A stretch of DNA of 7,678 nucleotides from an archaeon (GTDB lineage Archaea > Iainarchaeota > Iainarchaeia > Iainarchaeales > CSSED10-239): the NCBI GenBank assembly GCA_035387745.1, contig DAOOON010000030.1, positions 1 through 7,678 on the forward strand, given 5' to 3'. The notes beneath the pieces were generated by a model. It had not been told where the DNA came from and did no database searches. It saw only the letters and a list, made by a program, of their open reading frames with translations. Shown here piece by piece: positions 4,728 through 7,678 of this stretch. Each line of letters starts with the position of its first letter. Within the stretch, counting starts at the first letter, position 1. The position numbers and the translations under genes are program-made.

Positions 4728-5987
4728 ATGATAACAAAAGATGAATTAAAAAAAGTAATTTTAGATCAAAGAGAAAGTTTTGAGAAATCAGAAAACATTA
4801 TACAAAGACAAGTAGATTTAAAATCTTATATAAATTATGATTCGATTGTGGTAATAAGTGGGGTAAGAAGGTGTGGTAAATCTACATTATTAAAAATAAT
4901 TAAAACTAAAATAAATCCAAAAGATTACCTTTATTGTGATTTTTCAGACGAAAGATTAAATAATTTAACAATTGCGGATTTACAACTAATATATGAAATA
5001 TTTTTAGAAAAATACGAATCTGGAAAAAAATATTTTTTTTTTGATGAAATACAATATGTAAACGGGTGGGAAAAATTCGTAAATAGATTATACGAAAAAG
5101 AAGAGGCAAAAATATTTGTAACTGGATCAAACAGCTCTTTACTTAGTTCAGAAATATCGTCTGTTTTAACAGGAAGAAACAAAGTAATAGAGCTTTACCC
5201 ATTTTCTTTTAAAGAATACATTACTGCAAAGAAAGAAACAATAGATATAAACAACTTATCAACAAAAGAAGGCATTAAATTAAATAAATATTTTGATGAT
5301 TATTTTAATATAGGTGGATTTCCGCATGTTATAAATACAAATGATGTTCAGATATTAAAAGAATATTACACAAATATAATATATAAAGACATAATTGTTA
5401 GAAAAAAGATAAGGCAAGTAAAAGAAATAAAAGAAATAATCTCATTTTTATTAAATAACATAGGCCAGATAATATCATATAAAAAGATAATTGCTAATTC
5501 AGAAATAAAAAGCACAAGCACAATAAAGAATTTCATAGATTATCTTAATGAAGCATATATTTTATTTACATTATCCAAATATGACAAATCTATCAGAAAA
5601 CAAATACAAAATCCAAAAAAATCATATTTTATAGATATGGGGATGGTAAGAAAAATAAGTGTTAATTTTTCAGAAAATAATGGCTGGTATTTAGAAAACG
5701 TTGTATTTTTAGAATTATTAAGAAGAAATAAAGAAATTTATTATCATAAAAAAGAAAAAGAATGTGATTTTGTAGTAAAGGAAGGCACACAAATTAAAGA
5801 AGCCATACAAGTATCTTATGAAATGAATCAAAAAACAGAAACAAGAGAGATTAAAGGATTAATTAATGCAATAAAAACCTATAATCTTAAAGAAGGAATA
5901 ATTATAACGAGAGACCAAGAAGAAACGAGAATAGTAGAAGGATATAAAATAAAAATAATTCCAATAGCTAAATGGTTATTAGAGTAA
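4728..5987 (+). CDS. AAA+ ATPase, AAA_14 + DUF4143 architecture (COG1373-type 'archaeal ATPase'), paralogue 1
   Basis: Walker A is GVRRCGKST and Walker B is YFFFDEIQ. TGSNSSLL, LTGR and PFSFKEY blocks are present. A central wHTH-like segment reads SYKKIIANSEIKSTSTIKNFIDYLNEAYILF. The C-terminal nuclease-fold-like segment reads LENVVFLEL ... ECDFVV ... AIQVSYEM ... TREIKGL. The tracked ORF begins at TTG 4722; I prefer ATG 4728 (MITKDEL). Confidence 0.85.
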   Translation: MITKDELKKVILDQRESFEKSENIIQRQVDLKSYINYDSIVVISGVRRCGKSTLLKIIKTKINPKDYLYCDFSDERLNNLTIADLQLIYEIFLEKYESGKKYFFFDEIQYVNGWEKFVNRLYEKEEAKIFVTGSNSSLLSSEISSVLTGRNKVIELYPFSFKEYITAKKETIDINNLSTKEGIKLNKYFDDYFNIGGFPHVINTNDVQILKEYYTNIIYKDIIVRKKIRQVKEIKEIISFLLNNIGQIISYKKIIANSEIKSTSTIKNFIDYLNEAYILFTLSKYDKSIRKQIQNPKKSYFIDMGMVRKISVNFSENNGWYLENVVFLELLRRNKEIYYHKKEKECDFVVKEGTQIKEAIQVSYEMNQKTETREIKGLINAIKTYNLKEGIIITRDQEETRIVEGYKIKIIPIAKWLLE

Positions 5988-6005
5988 TTTCTTTTCTTTT
6001 TATTT
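5988..6005 (+). terminator. Oligo-T tract after ATPase-1 (TTTCTTTTCTTTTTATTT)
   Basis: It starts immediately after the TAA stop at 5985-5987 and has no hairpin. It is homologous to the T-tract at 4446-4465. Archaeal termination at oligo-T is established knowledge. Confidence 0.4.
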
Positions 6006-6007
6006 AG

Positions 6008-6027
6008 TTTAAAACTTGCTATCAGAC
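6008..6027 (+). repeat. Boundary motif copy 2: TTTAAAACTTGCTATCAGAC
   Basis: The core CTTGCTATCAGAC is at 6015-6027, 263 nt upstream of ATG 6278. Confidence 0.85.
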
Positions 6028-6189
6028 TAAATAAATGTGCTATTTTTGTCAATTGTTATTGTTCATATGATTGACCAAAAAAGACGTTTTTTGTTCAGCC
6101 AACTGACCATAATTTTTTATTACAAATGCGGCTCATTTATATCTAGAAAAATGTTCTTTAATATCGAATACTTTTGTCTTTAAAGAAAA

Positions 6190-6247
6190 AAGTGCGTGCG
6201 TTTCTCCACCCACTTTCGTTTTTAAGTGCGTGCGTTTTACCACTCGC
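6190..6247 (+). repeat. Two direct repeats headed by AAGTGCGTGCGTTT, period 34 nt
   Basis: The perfect 14-mers are at 6190-6203 and 6224-6237. The tails have diverged (CTCCACCCACTTTCG versus TACCACTCGCTTT) and share CCAC. These are G+C-rich islets in AT-rich DNA. The second copy ends where the TATA-like box begins. Confidence 0.85.
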
Positions 6248-6256
6248 TTTTTAAAT
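6248..6256 (+). promoter_or_regulatory. Proximal TATA-like box (TTTTTAAAT) of ATPase-2
   Basis: The TTTAAAT core starts 28 nt before ATG 6278. No SD is present, which fits a leaderless transcript. Confidence 0.5.
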
Positions 6257-6277
6257 GTTGTTATACATTAATTATTT

Positions 6278-7528
6278 ATGTATTCAAAAGAACAATTAAA
6301 AGAAATAATTGTTTCTCAAAAAGAAGCGATTGATTCTCAAGATATAGGACTAATAAGAACAGATTATTTAAAATTATTAAAAGAATCAATTCATCCAAAA
6401 ATAGTCACAATATTAAAGGGCCCAAGAAGAGTAGGAAAATCAACAATAGTTTTACAATTTATAAAAGAGATAAATAACAACTATTATTATTTTGATTTTG
6501 ATGATGAGAGAATAGCAAATTTTAAAACAGGGGATTTTGAAACACTAATGCTGGCTTTTCAAGAGCTATACCAAGATAAAGATTATTTGTTATTTGATGA
6601 AATTCAAAATATAGATTCTTGGGAATTATTTATAAATAGGCAATTAAAACAAAATAAAAAAATAATAATAACTGGCTCAAACTCAAAATTATTAAGTGCT
6701 GATTTAGGCACACATCTAACTGGCAGGCACATAGACATAGAAATATTCCCTTTTTCTTTTAAAGAATACCTTTATGCGAAAGATTTTAAAACTAAACAAG
6801 CATACACTATAAAGGAAAAAGCAGAACTTGAAAAATTATTTAAAGATTATCAAAAAACCGGAGGTTTCCCACAAGTTGTATTTTTTTATGACTATAGGAT
6901 ATTACAAGAACTATACAGAGACATAATTGAAAAAGACACAAAAGATCTAAAAAGTAATCAAAAAATAAAAGACGTTTCCGATTATTTATTATTTAATATT
7001 TCTACATTAGTTTCTTTAAGAAGCATACAGAAAAACTTTGGTTTAAAAAACACAAACGAAGCAAAAGCTATAATAAAAAGACTAGAAGCAACATATCTTT
7101 TCCAATTTATAGAAATTTATTCAAATTCTTATAAGGAAAGAAAAGCAAACCCCATGAAATGTTATTCAATAGATGTTGGTTTAGTAAACAATATTTCAAC
7201 AAAACTAGTAGAGGATAGGGGGCAGCAATTTGAAAATTTAGTATATTTAAAGCTAAGGAAAGAAAATGCACAAATATATTATTATAAAAAGAAAGGGGAA
7301 ACAGATTTTATAGTAATAGATAATAAAAAACCAATACTTGTAGCACAAGCTTGTAGTAATCTAGCAGACAATAAAACCAAAGAAAGAGAAGTAAGTTCTT
7401 TATTAGAATGTATGGATCAATTAAATATTAAAGTCGGGATAATAATAAACAAAGATCTAGAAAAAGAAGAAACAATTGATGGCAAAAGAATAAAGTTTAT
7501 ACCTATAATTAATTGGTTATTAGAATAA
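6278..7528 (+). CDS. AAA+ ATPase, AAA_14 + DUF4143 architecture (COG1373-type), paralogue 2
   Basis: Walker A is GPRRVGKST and Walker B is YLLFDEIQ. TGSNSKLL, LTGR, PFSFKEY and GGFPQV blocks are present, followed by FENLVYLKL ... ETDFIV ... KEREVSSL. It shares its C-terminal ending with paralogue 1 (IPIINWLLE versus IPIAKWLLE). Outside these blocks the two proteins are clearly diverged. Confidence 0.85.
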   Translation: MYSKEQLKEIIVSQKEAIDSQDIGLIRTDYLKLLKESIHPKIVTILKGPRRVGKSTIVLQFIKEINNNYYYFDFDDERIANFKTGDFETLMLAFQELYQDKDYLLFDEIQNIDSWELFINRQLKQNKKIIITGSNSKLLSADLGTHLTGRHIDIEIFPFSFKEYLYAKDFKTKQAYTIKEKAELEKLFKDYQKTGGFPQVVFFYDYRILQELYRDIIEKDTKDLKSNQKIKDVSDYLLFNISTLVSLRSIQKNFGLKNTNEAKAIIKRLEATYLFQFIEIYSNSYKERKANPMKCYSIDVGLVNNISTKLVEDRGQQFENLVYLKLRKENAQIYYYKKKGETDFIVIDNKKPILVAQACSNLADNKTKEREVSSLLECMDQLNIKVGIIINKDLEKEETIDGKRIKFIPIINWLLE

Positions 7529-7537
7529 CTACTTGGT

Positions 7538-7561
7538 TAATAACTTACAATTTCTTTTTTT
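7538..7561 (+). repeat. 3'-flank block shared with the S-layer terminator, plus oligo-T tract
   Basis: TAATAACTTACAATTT (7538-7553) is identical to 4431-4446, which is the loop and right arm of the S-layer terminator hairpin. It is followed by CTTTTTTTT. The left arm of the hairpin is absent here. Confidence 0.7.
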
Positions 7562-7579
7562 AATTTCTAAAATCTCATT

Positions 7580-7592
7580 CTTGCTATCAGAC
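7580..7592 (+). repeat. Boundary motif copy 3: CTTGCTATCAGAC
   Basis: It is an exact 13-mer match to 6015-6027 and lies 52 nt after the ATPase-2 stop. If the spacing rule holds, the next gene should start about 225-263 nt downstream, beyond the window end. Confidence 0.8.
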
Positions 7593-7678
7593 AAGCATTT
7601 TTTGTACTTTTTTTAGTTTTTAACAATTAGTTAATTATTTAAATATAATTGTCTATAAATATATTATATGCAAACAAA

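Noticed and set aside
4634-4744. 36-codon upstream ORF (MCSLLSKALLSNHSLLSKALNII...) that reads through both 21-nt repeats in frame (33-nt period = 11 codons)
   Set aside because: The analogous repeat pair of ATPase-2 has a 34-nt period and no covering ORF. There is also no SD, and the ORF overlaps the ATPase start out of frame. The repeats are more economically explained as DNA elements. Ribosome profiling could reopen this.
4906-5182. Two minus-strand ORFs (74 and 83 aa) inside ATPase-1
   Set aside because: They are antisense to the conserved Walker B / TGSNS region of a well-supported CDS, so they are shadow ORFs.
4639-6247. CRISPR-like interpretation of the direct repeats
   Set aside because: Each repeat has only two copies, with 12-20-nt 'spacers'. 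There are no cas genes, and the repeats sit in promoters. This is not a CRISPR array.
7623-7652. 7-bp inverted repeat ACAATTA / TAATTGT around TTTAAATA (7638-7645)
   Set aside because: The arms are short and AT-only, which is near chance expectation in this composition. The TATA-like box may still serve a gene beyond the window end, but that cannot be supported here.

Overview
This is an AT-rich 7.7-kb window that looks archaeal. First genes have TATA-like boxes about 25-40 nt upstream of the start codon and no Shine-Dalgarno. Genes end in oligo-T tracts, and the S-layer-like protein has a Methanococcales-type layout. I cannot name the taxon; a low-GC methanogen or a DPANN-like archaeon is a guess. 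The content, in order: (1) a minus-strand abiEi-abiEii type IV toxin-antitoxin operon at 40-1486; (2) a 660-nt non-coding region; (3) a 751-aa secreted, acidic, sequon-rich S-layer-like gene at 2149-4404, with a GGAGG RBS, a leader hairpin and a hairpin plus oligo-T terminator; (4) two tandem, diverged paralogues of AAA_14/DUF4143 (COG1373-type) ATPases at 4728-5987 and 6278-7528. The most unusual signal is in the spacers rather than the ORFs. A 13-nt motif, CTYGCTATCAGAC, recurs after each plus-strand gene, which is also 225-263 nt before the next one. The two ATPase upstream regions share collinear conserved blocks. Each ATPase gene also has its own pair of direct repeats (period 33 or 34 nt) that runs into the proximal TATA box, and the repeat sequences differ completely between the two genes. 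I read this as an array of self-contained ATPase modules with module-specific operators next to an AbiE locus. It is a candidate accessory or defence-type region of undescribed logic. Every functional statement beyond the sequence patterns themselves is inference.
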